NCBI GenBank assembly: GCA_046758365.1
Contig: JBHIAC010000022.1
Location: 1-33,106 of the forward strand
From: a bacterium
Lineage (GTDB): Bacteria; Zhuqueibacterota; Zhuqueibacteria; Oceanimicrobiales; Oceanimicrobiaceae
DNA: 33,106 nt
Direction of reading: 5' to 3'
Of this stretch, positions 1 to 8,667 are shown piece by piece (the stretch's first letter is position 1; each line of letters starts with the position of its first letter). The notes under the pieces were generated by a model. The model did not search any database. It worked only from the letters and a program-made list of their open reading frames with translations, and was not told where the DNA came from. The translations under genes were made by a program, and so were the position numbers.

Positions 1-40
1 AATTTTGCAGAAGTCTGTTTTTTAAATTTCTGTAAAATAG

Positions 41-93
41 GGTGTTCAACCTTTAGGTTGAGATTGTCCTCCGCAACCTGAAGCCTGTACACC
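41..93. repeat. REP-like imperfect inverted repeat pair
   Basis: GGTGTTCAACCTTTAGGTTG (41-60) versus the reverse complement of 74-93 (GGTGTACAGGCTTCAGGTTG) is 16/20 identical. The left arm has an internal CAACCT-TT-AGGTTG palindrome. Confidence 0.6.
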
Positions 94-196
94 GCCATTT
101 TAAACCTGTATAAGAAACGAGTCTGTAAATATTGGATATAAAAAGATTCTATACTTTTGAATAGATGTATTTACCCTTTTAGCTATTTTATATTAT

Positions 197-350
197 TGCC
201 AATAATGTGCCAACTATTATCTATTTGGCAGCCAATCATCCGTTAGCTTTGATTTTTCAATAACTTGCAAAGATTTTTCAGTAATTATTTGTCCTGCTTG
301 AAATTCCTTTTAGTGCAAAATATTGCATATTCTCTGTGCAAAAACTTGTT
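197..350 (-). promoter_or_regulatory. Putative sigma54 (-24/-12) promoter with IHF-like site and upstream enhancer-like palindrome
   Basis: The minus strand reads TTGGCACATTATTGGCA (197-213) with GG-N10-GC spacing. TTTCAATAACTTG (255-267) is 1 mismatch from the IHF consensus WATCAANNNNTTR. GTGCAAAATATTGCAT (313-328) and a degenerate copy (336-350) lie further upstream. Confidence 0.55.
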
Positions 351-367
351 TACATACATTTGAACCA

Positions 368-393
368 TTTGGTTCCGGCTTGGCCGGATTAGG
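368..393 (-). repeat. Short GC hairpin element (TAATCCGGC-CAA-GCCGGAACCAAA)
   Basis: Perfect 6-bp stem TCCGGC/GCCGGA just downstream of the 412..1725 gene. The architecture matches elements at 23341 and 27230. Confidence 0.45.
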
Positions 394-411
394 TTTTAGA
401 TGGTTCAAATC

Positions 412-1725
412 CTATCGCAACAGAGTGATCTTGCCTTTACTCAGCGTATTACCTGCAGCGAGTTTGATAAAATAGGTTCCGCTGGGCATTGATTTTCCAT
501 GCTTATTGGTGCCATCCCATTGCAGTTGGTAGAAACCCTTATTTTTTATAACGTTTTGTTCCAACACGCGCACCAATTGGCCCTTTAAATTATAAATCTT
601 TAGCGTCACACGCCTGCGTTCTGGTAATTCGTAGCTGATAGTTATGGAAGTTCGGAAAGGATTAGGATATATAGAGTGCAGAGCTATTGTTTTAGGTGAA
701 TTTTCTCCATACGTTTGGTCTTTCCCTTCTACGGAGGTAACATGTGCTATATTGGTATTTATGGCATCGATTAATTTGACATACACGGAAAAATTGTCCC
801 GTACCCAACGGCGCTGTTCCACATGAATAAAGTATCCATTCGTTGATGAGGCGGCTTGCGTGCACGGATCTGGAGACCCATTCGTAAACCTTCCCTGTGT
901 GTTGGTACTGCCGATAAAAGGGCAGGATGAGGTACCATCGCCGGCCACAGCAACCGACACTCCGCCCGCGGCTAACAGAGTTGACTTGAGGTTAAATAAG
1001 ATAGGTTTGGATTCCTCACTGCGGCCATTGCTGAGGAAGATATCCTCGCAGTTGTCATTACTGTTACCATGAATGCTAAAGGCATAGGTTTGTGGAAAAT
1101 GGGTAACGATAGTTTCATGGGTAGCCTGAAAGGGCGCATCGACGAAGTGAGCCATATCTGTTATGTGATATTGTCCGGTACCGCAGCCTTGAAAAGAGCC
1201 GTCGCAGGGAGAGGGTTCGGAATTGCCACAACGATGGGTTCCAGCCATAATCAAAAATCTGGCACCCGTACGACGAAAAATATCAGTACCTTGCTTATAA
1301 GTGTTGATATCGTAAATGGCATGAGGGATTTCAATACAGATTGGGCGTTCGAAGTTCGGATTAACCATGAATGTACCCCAGCCTTTGGTCACCGGGAATT
1401 TTTCACGGAGCAGATAAAATAGCTGCTGATTAAAACCAGTATCAGTAAATCGGTAAAGTTGATAAAACGAAAATTCCGATTGAACCAGGGTGTTGGCATT
1501 CTCCAAACGGCCTTCCAGGAGAGCAGTAATCAATTCACGCCAACCAGTCAGTTCTGCCTTGGAAGGCTTGACAAACCCTTCGCTGTCACGACCCGGCATG
1601 TGGCTGCGAATGGACTCGATCTGATCAAGAAGGTCGCCAGACAAATCAACGATTTGTGCATGAGTCGTTGTGATTCCAGTGATAAAAAATGTGATAATTA
1701 ATCTAAACGCTATATTACACGGCAT
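412..1725 (-). CDS. Secreted protein: putative Zn-dependent hydrolase-like N-terminal domain plus C-terminal FlgD-Ig/T9SS type A sorting-like domain
   Basis: Signal peptide ending THA-Q. The C-terminus YPNPF...VTLKIYNLKGQLVR...WDGTN...SGTYFIKL is the typical FlgD_ig/CTD pattern. The N-domain has EIPH, DMAH, SIHG and HVEQ motifs. Confidence 0.8.
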   Translation of the reverse strand: MPCNIAFRLIITFFITGITTTHAQIVDLSGDLLDQIESIRSHMPGRDSEGFVKPSKAELTGWRELITALLEGRLENANTLVQSEFSFYQLYRFTDTGFNQQLFYLLREKFPVTKGWGTFMVNPNFERPICIEIPHAIYDINTYKQGTDIFRRTGARFLIMAGTHRCGNSEPSPCDGSFQGCGTGQYHITDMAHFVDAPFQATHETIVTHFPQTYAFSIHGNSNDNCEDIFLSNGRSEESKPILFNLKSTLLAAGGVSVAVAGDGTSSCPFIGSTNTQGRFTNGSPDPCTQAASSTNGYFIHVEQRRWVRDNFSVYVKLIDAINTNIAHVTSVEGKDQTYGENSPKTIALHSIYPNPFRTSITISYELPERRRVTLKIYNLKGQLVRVLEQNVIKNKGFYQLQWDGTNKHGKSMPSGTYFIKLAAGNTLSKGKITLLR

Positions 1726-1770
1726 GCTAATAAACTTTTTTATTTTATTGTATGAACGTGACTATTCAGG

Positions 1771-1863
1771 TGTCATTCCGTCAGGAATCTTCCCTCCTTA
1801 CCCACAGAGGCTGCAAGCTTGCAAATTTTTGCCATTACAAGGGAAGATGCCTACGGCATGACA
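1771..1863. repeat. REP-like inverted repeat doublet (TGTCATTCCG...GGAATCT type)
   Basis: TGTCATTCCGTCAGGAATCTTCCC (1771-1794) and GGGAAGATGCCTACGGCATGACA (1841-1863) are near reverse complements, and each arm is itself a small hairpin. Confidence 0.7.
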
Positions 1864-2041
1864 GTATGGGCTTAATAGTTACGTATGAACTTAAATTTAC
1901 AAGAAAGGAACTATTTTTGCAATGAATTTTTATAATATTATGAATACATACTTTTGACAGGATATATTAAATAAATAATCCATTTTCGCAGTTAAAATGA
2001 CGTAGGTACAAAACACCAACGTCATAAATAGAATATTTTAT

Positions 2042-2070
2042 TTGCATTTTTAATAAAAATTTTATATAAT
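2042..2070 (+). promoter_or_regulatory. sigma70 promoter TTGCAT-N17-TATAAT
   Basis: -35 TTGCAT at 2042-2047, 17-nt spacer, perfect -10 TATAAT at 2065-2070, about 50 nt upstream of the ATG at 2119. Confidence 0.7.
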
Positions 2071-2118
2071 TCTTAATGAAAATTAATAATGCCATATCAT
2101 AATGAAGGAGGAAGTATC

Positions 2119-2769
2119 ATGTGTAAATCCTCAATTAAAACTGCTTTGGTCTTCTTATTAATTTTCTCAATTATGTCCATCCAAATCGTACCAAGCTTGG
2201 CCAGCGCAAATAAAAACAAGTTACAGGTAGCATTTGTTGGATTAAAATTTGAGAATTTGCCACAGGACATTCAGGATAAACTTACTTCGAGAATGAATGC
2301 AATACTGGAAACGCAAAAGTCTATTTCCCTCACAAAACCAGAGGGAGCTCGAATAACATTTGGACGAAAAACTATTGCTGAACTAATCGAAAATCAAGAT
2401 GCTGAGTCTTTTTTGGAGTTTGCTGAGCAATATCAATTTGATTATGTCTTTTCTGGATTTTTAGCTACCCAAAGTCATGATGATAATCGAATATTGTTAG
2501 TTGGGGAATTAAACAGATATGACCTCGCTAACAGTCATATAAATCGATATAAGATTAATAAGGATTATGAAAAGATTGGAAGCGAATTAAACCAATTTAA
2601 GCAACAATATGTAAAATCCATGGTTAAACTCGAAGATTCTGGAAAGAATCCCTGGTCGATATTACTTATTGGAGGTATCATTATTGCAGGCACGCTTACC
2701 CTCCGTTTCGGTTTGGGTAGTCTATTGAACGAAGGAGAAGACACAGAGACAACAAAGGTAGACGAGTAA
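2119..2769 (+). CDS. Hypothetical exported protein with C-terminal membrane anchor (possibly CsgG/TolB-N-like fold)
   Basis: GGAGG RBS before the ATG at 2119 (preferred to 2089). Signal peptide ...SLASA and C-terminal hydrophobic segment PWSILLIGGIIIAG. Confidence 0.75.
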   Translation: MCKSSIKTALVFLLIFSIMSIQIVPSLASANKNKLQVAFVGLKFENLPQDIQDKLTSRMNAILETQKSISLTKPEGARITFGRKTIAELIENQDAESFLEFAEQYQFDYVFSGFLATQSHDDNRILLVGELNRYDLANSHINRYKINKDYEKIGSELNQFKQQYVKSMVKLEDSGKNPWSILLIGGIIIAGTLTLRFGLGSLLNEGEDTETTKVDE

Positions 2770-2801
2770 TCCATAAATTCTGAATAATTAAGGACCCAAT
2801 T

Positions 2802-3509
2802 ATGAATAGCTTTAAGCAATTGTTTTCAATTGGAAAGGCCATAAATAAAAGCTGCTTCTGTGTTGTACTTTTTGGATTCTCAATTATATACATCGCTTGT
2901 AGTAAGGGTGATGATAATAATGAAGATTCAAGGCCATTTCTTAATATCGAAAATGGCCAATTTGAAGTCGACGCGATTCTAATTACAGAAAATGGCATTG
3001 ATAGCAGTGCATCACCCTATGGCTCTGGCTCTATTTCTTTCGATTTTGCGGGTGATATTACCGGAACCTTTTCTGTCTCTGGCGCACTTGATTCCAATCA
3101 AACAGAAAACGATGGTGTCCTTGCCATCCTCAATGTATTTGAGGATGAAGAGTTTGAAACAATCAATGAATTTTTAAGTCTACTCGGTTTTCATCCCACA
3201 GGTGACGGTAAGGCAGATGTGTTTGTATTAGGCTCTAAAAGTGATTTCCCTCTGTCTTCCATTGAACCTGACAATTCTTACGGAATAGGGACATCCGCAC
3301 CCTTTAATGGATACTTTTTAAAAGGTTTAGATATAGCAGAATTTTGGGCAGGGGAAACGAATTTTATTGAGACGGCAGATAAAGCTTTCGTACTCACGGT
3401 AGGTCTTATTTCTTTCGCCTCCAGAGACAGCACACATTTTACCGGCTCCTTTTTCGGAACCACAGATGTTAACCAGAACACTATTTCCAAGCACTTTCTC
3501 TTGAGATAA
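2802..3509 (+). CDS. Hypothetical lipoprotein
   Basis: 235-aa ORF with a hydrophobic stretch followed by lipobox-like YIAC-SKGDD. The mature region is acidic and beta-rich. Confidence 0.7.
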   Translation: MNSFKQLFSIGKAINKSCFCVVLFGFSIIYIACSKGDDNNEDSRPFLNIENGQFEVDAILITENGIDSSASPYGSGSISFDFAGDITGTFSVSGALDSNQTENDGVLAILNVFEDEEFETINEFLSLLGFHPTGDGKADVFVLGSKSDFPLSSIEPDNSYGIGTSAPFNGYFLKGLDIAEFWAGETNFIETADKAFVLTVGLISFASRDSTHFTGSFFGTTDVNQNTISKHFLLR

Positions 3510-3512
3510 TTT

Positions 3513-4487
3513 CTATTTTAATTTATTACCTAATAGGCTTTTTATAAGATCAATATCAACATTTCTTCCTGTCAAAACTATTACTGTTTTATTGCTACTT
3601 CTAATTTTGTTTTCTAAAAGCGCCGCTACGCCCACAGCAGCCGCACCTTCAATGAGCAGGTGTTCCGATTCCAAAATCAAATTTACGGCAATTTTAATCG
3701 CATCTTCAGAAACTAATATGAGGTTATCAACATATTTTTTAGTCAAGCTCAGGGTTAATTCTGTCACAAAACGGCCAGCCAGGCCATCAGCAATGGTGTC
3801 TTCGATGGGTGTTTCAACCACCTTTCCCGCTTTAATGGAATTGTACATGGCTGGCGAGGCCTCGGGCTGAACGCCCATCACTTTGACCTTCGGATTGAGA
3901 TTTTTAACGGCAACTGCAATTCCAGAAATAAGACCACCGCCACCAATTGGGACTACAACCGTTTCTACATCGGGCAGTTTCTCTAAAATTTCTAAACCAA
4001 TCGTACCTTGTCCGACGATAATTTCAGGGTCACTAAATGCATGTATAAATGTCAACCCTTCAAGCTGCTGAAGTTCCCATGCGTACTCCTCTGCTTCATC
4101 GTAGTCCACACCTTTTTGAATGATTTCCAAATTATATTGCTGAAGTGCTTTAAGTTTGGCAGGGGAGACATTGACGGGAACTACAATTTTTCCCTGTACG
4201 CTTAAAAGTTTTGCGGCAAATGCCACGCCGAGTCCGTGGTTGCCGGCAGAGGCCGTGATGACCCCCTTTTGCTTTTCATCAGGCGAAAGGGAAAACAGTT
4301 TATTCAACGCACCGCGAATTTTAAAGGAGCCGGTTTTTTGCCAGTTTTCTAGTTTAAAGTAAATTCGAGAATCAGTTTGTTTTGAGAGTGTGTGGGAAAA
4401 TTCAAGAGGCGTAAATCGGATGTATGACTGAATCTTATCTTGCGCTAAACGTATGTCTTTTAATTTTAGATTAGGAGAAGTATTCAC
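3513..4487 (-). CDS. PLP-dependent threonine/serine dehydratase (catabolic IlvA/TdcB-like, no ACT domain)
   Basis: Motifs KLENWQKTGSFKIRGA, ASAGNHG, PIGGGGLISG and TIADGLA. GTG start. Confidence 0.92.
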   Translation of the reverse strand: MNTSPNLKLKDIRLAQDKIQSYIRFTPLEFSHTLSKQTDSRIYFKLENWQKTGSFKIRGALNKLFSLSPDEKQKGVITASAGNHGLGVAFAAKLLSVQGKIVVPVNVSPAKLKALQQYNLEIIQKGVDYDEAEEYAWELQQLEGLTFIHAFSDPEIIVGQGTIGLEILEKLPDVETVVVPIGGGGLISGIAVAVKNLNPKVKVMGVQPEASPAMYNSIKAGKVVETPIEDTIADGLAGRFVTELTLSLTKKYVDNLILVSEDAIKIAVNLILESEHLLIEGAAAVGVAALLENKIRSSNKTVIVLTGRNVDIDLIKSLLGNKLK

Positions 4488-4581
4488 ATTTTCTTCTTAA
4501 TAATTGTTCTCATTTGCACTATAGTATTTTCAAACAAATCTTTGTTTTGTTTATTTATCACGGGTCGCAAATTTGGCCGTG

Positions 4582-5016
4582 CTATAGGGTTCCAGTAATG
4601 TAATTTTCGAGCTGCTTTATCATGAATTCCTGTTCAGAGATGATGGCCTTAACCACATCCCCGATCGAAATTAAGCCAACCAACTGGTCATCGTCGAGAA
4701 CAGGTAGATGGCGGATACGCTTATCTGTCATCAAAGCCATACAATCATCGATAGACTGTTCTGGTCGAATGTAGAGCACTTTTGTGCTCATGATTTCCTT
4801 GACGGGTGTATCTTTGGAAGCTTTTCCTTTCAGAATGACCTTTCTGGCGTAATCCCGTTCTGAGAAAATGCCAATCAACTTATCTGCTTCGAGCACCAGT
4901 AAGGCCCCGACATTCTTATCGGCCATTAGTTTTAGGGCATCATAGATTGAGGTATCCGGTGTCACTGACCAGACCTCATGTCCTTTGGCTTGCAAGAGCC
5001 GACTGACTAATTTCAT
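4582..5016 (-). CDS. CBS-domain pair protein
   Basis: GIFSERDYARKV...IRHLPV...GLISIGDVVK is a classic tandem CBS protein. GGAG RBS. Confidence 0.92.
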   Translation of the reverse strand: MKLVSRLLQAKGHEVWSVTPDTSIYDALKLMADKNVGALLVLEADKLIGIFSERDYARKVILKGKASKDTPVKEIMSTKVLYIRPEQSIDDCMALMTDKRIRHLPVLDDDQLVGLISIGDVVKAIISEQEFMIKQLENYITGTL

Positions 5017-5092
5017 CGATTAACTCCTTTGTTAGTGTTGTTCCGCGATGAAGCTCCTCTGTTCGCACCATTAGAAGTGCGTAGGTCGTTCC

Positions 5093-6721
5093 CTAAGTCT
5101 CCTTAAGCGCAGTCGTGAGAGCCATGGCCATCTGCTTGGCATCGCCGAAAAGCATAAGAGAATTGTCTGCAGCAAAGAGGGGATTTGAAATACCAGCGAA
5201 TCCTGGCCCGAGGCTGCGCTTGATGATGACAACCGAACGGGCCTCATCCACATTAAGGATCGGCATGCCAGCAATAGGAATCGTGGGGTCTGTATCTCGC
5301 GCCAGGGGATTGACAACGTCGTTGGCCCCGATGACCAGCACCACATCCGTTTGCCGGAACGTGGGGTTGATTTCGTCCATTTCCTTCAGCTTCTCATAGG
5401 GGATGTTGGCCTCGGCTAACAGTACGTTCATGTGTCCTGGCATTCGCCCGGCAACGGGATGAATCGCAAAGTCTACCTCCACGCCTTTAGATTCAAGCAG
5501 GTTCGTCAGGTCCTGTATGGCGTACTGGGCCTGAGCGACGGCCATCCCATATCCAGGGGCAATGACTACCCGCCGGGCACTCTCCAACAACATGGCCACC
5601 TCCTCCGGCGAGGCCGCTTTCACTCGACCAGCGTAGATATTTTCGCTTTCAGCTTCAGTTTCAACGACCACACCGACCCCAGCGAACATGATATTAGGTA
5701 AAGAGCGGTTCATAGCACGGGACATCAGAGCGGTGAGGATAAACCCGGCAGCGCCAACCAGTGAGCCGGCAATGATGAGCACGCTGTTGTTGAGGACCCA
5801 GCCATGGCCTGCGGCCGCAAGTCCTGAGTAGGCGTTAAGTAAAGAGATGACCACTGGCATGTCGGCTCCACCAATGGGAATCACAAGCATAATCCCAAGC
5901 AAAGAGGCAACCCCAACCATGATCCAGAACGGCAGCGCGGACCTAGAGTAAATGTTTAGATGTTCCCTCTGTTGTCTGACGATATACGTTTCCCTATCTG
6001 CATTGTCGGTTATCAACCATTCGTTTTTCTCTTCCTCAACTGAAACGGTGACATTACGAGATAGCAAGACCCCATTATTTTTAAACGCGTGATGGAAATC
6101 TTCTGGGATAACAGCCCGGTCAAGATCGCTGCTGAACTGCGAACCAGTACGAAACAGCAATGGTGTATAACCTACTACTTGCCAAGTACTTAGGCCTAGG
6201 CAGATCAACAGCAGTACCACGTTGATCACATGACGGCCTTTCAGGAGGATGGGTTGCTCCTTAAAAAGTCCCTGGAGTTTTCCAAATGCTACTATGCTGC
6301 CCGTAAGAGACACAGCACCGATAAGCGCAGCGGCCGTAGCGGAGGAAGTAAACTGGACGGTGATCTCTTCAATCCACTCTCCCCTGAGAGCTTCTTCTAG
6401 AGCGGCCCCCACGGCTAGGGCTGAGGCGCCGCCGCCGAAACCGTTAAAGATAGCCACCACCTGAGGCATGGCAGTCATAGGGGCTCGATATGCCATGATC
6501 ATCCCGATTAGGCCACCCACCACGAACCCGGCAATGATGATTCGAAAATCGACGATACGCTTATCTGTGAGGGTTACCACAATGGCCAGCAGCATGCCCA
6601 CGGCGGCCAGAAGGTTGCCCCGCACGGCAGTACGTGGATGGGATAACCCTTTGAGGCCAAAGATGAAAAGGAGGGCCGCGGCCAGATAAAAAAGTTTAAC
6701 GAGTGCTTCTTCCTTCGGCAT
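5093..6721 (-). CDS. pntB: NAD(P)+ transhydrogenase subunit beta, with ~71-aa insertion
   Basis: Motifs MPQVVAIFNGFGGGAS, IGGADMPVVISLLNAYSG, PGYGMAVAQAQ, HPVAGRMPGHMNVLLAEA and GANDVVNP. Start placed at MPKEE (6721). Confidence 0.95.
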   Translation of the reverse strand: MPKEEALVKLFYLAAALLFIFGLKGLSHPRTAVRGNLLAAVGMLLAIVVTLTDKRIVDFRIIIAGFVVGGLIGMIMAYRAPMTAMPQVVAIFNGFGGGASALAVGAALEEALRGEWIEEITVQFTSSATAAALIGAVSLTGSIVAFGKLQGLFKEQPILLKGRHVINVVLLLICLGLSTWQVVGYTPLLFRTGSQFSSDLDRAVIPEDFHHAFKNNGVLLSRNVTVSVEEEKNEWLITDNADRETYIVRQQREHLNIYSRSALPFWIMVGVASLLGIMLVIPIGGADMPVVISLLNAYSGLAAAGHGWVLNNSVLIIAGSLVGAAGFILTALMSRAMNRSLPNIMFAGVGVVVETEAESENIYAGRVKAASPEEVAMLLESARRVVIAPGYGMAVAQAQYAIQDLTNLLESKGVEVDFAIHPVAGRMPGHMNVLLAEANIPYEKLKEMDEINPTFRQTDVVLVIGANDVVNPLARDTDPTIPIAGMPILNVDEARSVVIIKRSLGPGFAGISNPLFAADNSLMLFGDAKQMAMALTTALKET

Positions 6722-7007
6722 GTTCTTCCTTTCTGTGAAACATTCCAAGCATACGGTGGGTTACCAAGAAGCCCCCCACCACGTTAGCCGTCGCCATAGA
6801 GACCGCAATAAATCCCAGTATCTCGGTAAGTGTGGTCAATCGAGCGCCCGAGGTTATCAACGTTCCTACAAGCGTGATTCCGGAGATGGCGTTGGCCCCG
6901 GACATAAGCGGGGTGTGCAACAGCGGTGGTACCTTTGTAATCACCTCAAAGCCTATCACGAGAGCCAACAGAAATATGGTCAAAGCAGGTATGAAGATCT
7001 CCATCAA
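6696..7007 (-). CDS. pntA2: NAD(P)+ transhydrogenase subunit alpha part 2 (membrane)
   Basis: VPPLLHTPLMSGANAISGI...NVVGGFLVTHRMLGMF. Confidence 0.95.
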   Translation of the reverse strand: MMEIFIPALTIFLLALVIGFEVITKVPPLLHTPLMSGANAISGITLVGTLITSGARLTTLTEILGFIAVSMATANVVGGFLVTHRMLGMFHRKEEHAEGRSTR

Positions 7008-8194
7008 GAATTCCTCCTTTCATGGGTTAACGGGCTGGAGATGGGTAGTTTTAACAACTTTCGCACTTGAGAGTTGACCACCTCGCCCCTATGAGTGAGC
7101 AGGGTATCGTGGATAATTTGGTCTTCCAGGTTGAGTCGGAGTTCGCCATCCTCCACCAGGTTCTGGAGAAAGGCGGTGACGTTTTTGGCGTACATCTGGC
7201 TGGCATGGTAGGGGATGGTGGAGGCAAGGTTAATCGGCCCTATAATGGTCACGTTGTGAGCCTCTACTGTCTCTCCAGGCCGAGTGAGCTCGCAGTTACC
7301 ACCCCCTTCAGCAGCTAAGTCTACGATAACGGAGCCCGGACTCATCCCCTGCACCATCTCTTCGGTGATTAGGATCGGGGCTTTTTTGCCTGGAATCGCC
7401 GCTGTGGTGATAACCACATCGCTTTCGGCTACCACTTGTTGCATCATCTCCTGTTGGCGAAGGTAGAATTCCTTGCCCAAATCCTGAGCGTACCCATCAG
7501 AGGCCTCGGCTTCTTCAGTCTCCAACTCTAGTTCCAGGAACTTAGCCCCCAGACTCTCTACCTGTTCCTTTACGGCTGGTCGGACATCATACGACTGCAC
7601 CACAGCACCGAGGCGGCGTGAGGTGGCAATGGCCTGCAGCCCGGCCACGCCGGCCCCTACTACAAAAACCCGGGCTGGGGTGATGGTCCCAGCAGCCGTA
7701 ATCATCATAGGATACATCTTCTTAAGCGCCCCAGCAGCTAGCAGAGCCGTCTTGTAGCCTGCGACTGTGGCCATGGAGCTCAAAGCATCCATAGGCTGTG
7801 CCCGGCTGATGCGTGGGAGCAACTCCAGTGCAAAGGCGGTGATACCCGTTTCTGCAAGTTCCTGTGCGGCTTCAGGGGCTCCCAAAGGGTTAAGAAGACC
7901 CACCACAACCTGACCAGAGCGAAGTAACTCCAGAGCGGTGTTGCCAGCACCAGGGTTAGCACCCAAACCGTGCACCAGGAGGAGAACATCGGCCGAGGAA
8001 AAGAGTTGAGTCCGATCCGGAGTAATACGTGCTCCCTGCTCCTCGAATGCAGCATCGGGGAAACCCGCGTTCTCCCCCCCTCCCTGTTCAACCAGGACCT
8101 CCAGCCCCGCCTTGGTCAAGGTAGACACTAAGGCAGGTACTAAGGCAACTCGCCGTTCATGTGGATAGGACTCGACAGGTACTCCAACTATCAT
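7004..8194 (-). CDS. pntA1: NAD(P)+ transhydrogenase subunit alpha part 1 (NAD-binding domain I)
   Basis: Motifs ERRVALVP, PRISRAQPMDALSS, GAGVAGLQAIAT and DLAAEGGGNCELT. GGAGG RBS. Confidence 0.95.
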   Translation of the reverse strand: MIVGVPVESYPHERRVALVPALVSTLTKAGLEVLVEQGGGENAGFPDAAFEEQGARITPDRTQLFSSADVLLLVHGLGANPGAGNTALELLRSGQVVVGLLNPLGAPEAAQELAETGITAFALELLPRISRAQPMDALSSMATVAGYKTALLAAGALKKMYPMMITAAGTITPARVFVVGAGVAGLQAIATSRRLGAVVQSYDVRPAVKEQVESLGAKFLELELETEEAEASDGYAQDLGKEFYLRQQEMMQQVVAESDVVITTAAIPGKKAPILITEEMVQGMSPGSVIVDLAAEGGGNCELTRPGETVEAHNVTIIGPINLASTIPYHASQMYAKNVTAFLQNLVEDGELRLNLEDQIIHDTLLTHRGEVVNSQVRKLLKLPISSPLTHERRNS

Positions 8195-8268
8195 CTAAAC
8201 CTCCAACGTAAAGCGCCGTTTGTGGCAATTATAATTCTCATTGATTAATTATGTTATTATAGTGCAAG

Positions 8269-8297
8269 AATATAATTTATTTATTGTATATTGTCAA
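8269..8297 (-). promoter_or_regulatory. sigma70 promoter TTGACA-N17-TATATT for the pnt operon
   Basis: On the minus strand, TTGACA (8292-8297), 17 nt, TATATT (8269-8274). Confidence 0.65.
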
Positions 8298-8379
8298 TAT
8301 ATATTTTAGTAAGAATCTTTAAAATTATGTAAAAACTGTTATTTTCTTCTTAAAGATTTTAAATTTTTCCAAATTAGCT

Positions 8380-8667
8380 TTACCCTTGAATTTCTACGAT
8401 CAAACCAATTTCTTTCAGGATTCCAGCAACCTGATGGCAATCCGCAAATTCACCTTTATAAGCGATGGCTTTTCCTTTAAAATGGGCTTCCATGGTGATT
8501 TGGGTGGCTACCATGAGTGAGCATCCTGTAGCTTTTTGAACCTGCAAGATCACCTCGTCGATGGTGTGGATATCATCATTATAAAGTATTACCTGCCATG
8601 GACGGGTTATTTTTGGCTTTTTCTGAGACGTCTTCTCTTTTTTAGGTATGGTTTCAACGGTCATCAC
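8380..8667 (-). CDS. clpS: ATP-dependent Clp protease adaptor ClpS-like protein
   Basis: WQVILYNDDIHTIDEV...EAHFKGKA. Overlaps the mutY stop (ATGA). Confidence 0.88.
   Translation of the reverse strand: MMTVETIPKKEKTSQKKPKITRPWQVILYNDDIHTIDEVILQVQKATGCSLMVATQITMEAHFKGKAIAYKGEFADCHQVAGILKEIGLIVEIQG

Noticed and set aside
5948..6160. Intein or intron explanation for the PntB insertion
   Set aside because: It is in frame, short, and lacks intein splice residues and group I/II intron hallmarks.
8221..8300. Rex or FNR operator upstream of pnt
   Set aside because: Only half-site-like matches (TTGTG, TTGAT) are present, without the matching inverted half.
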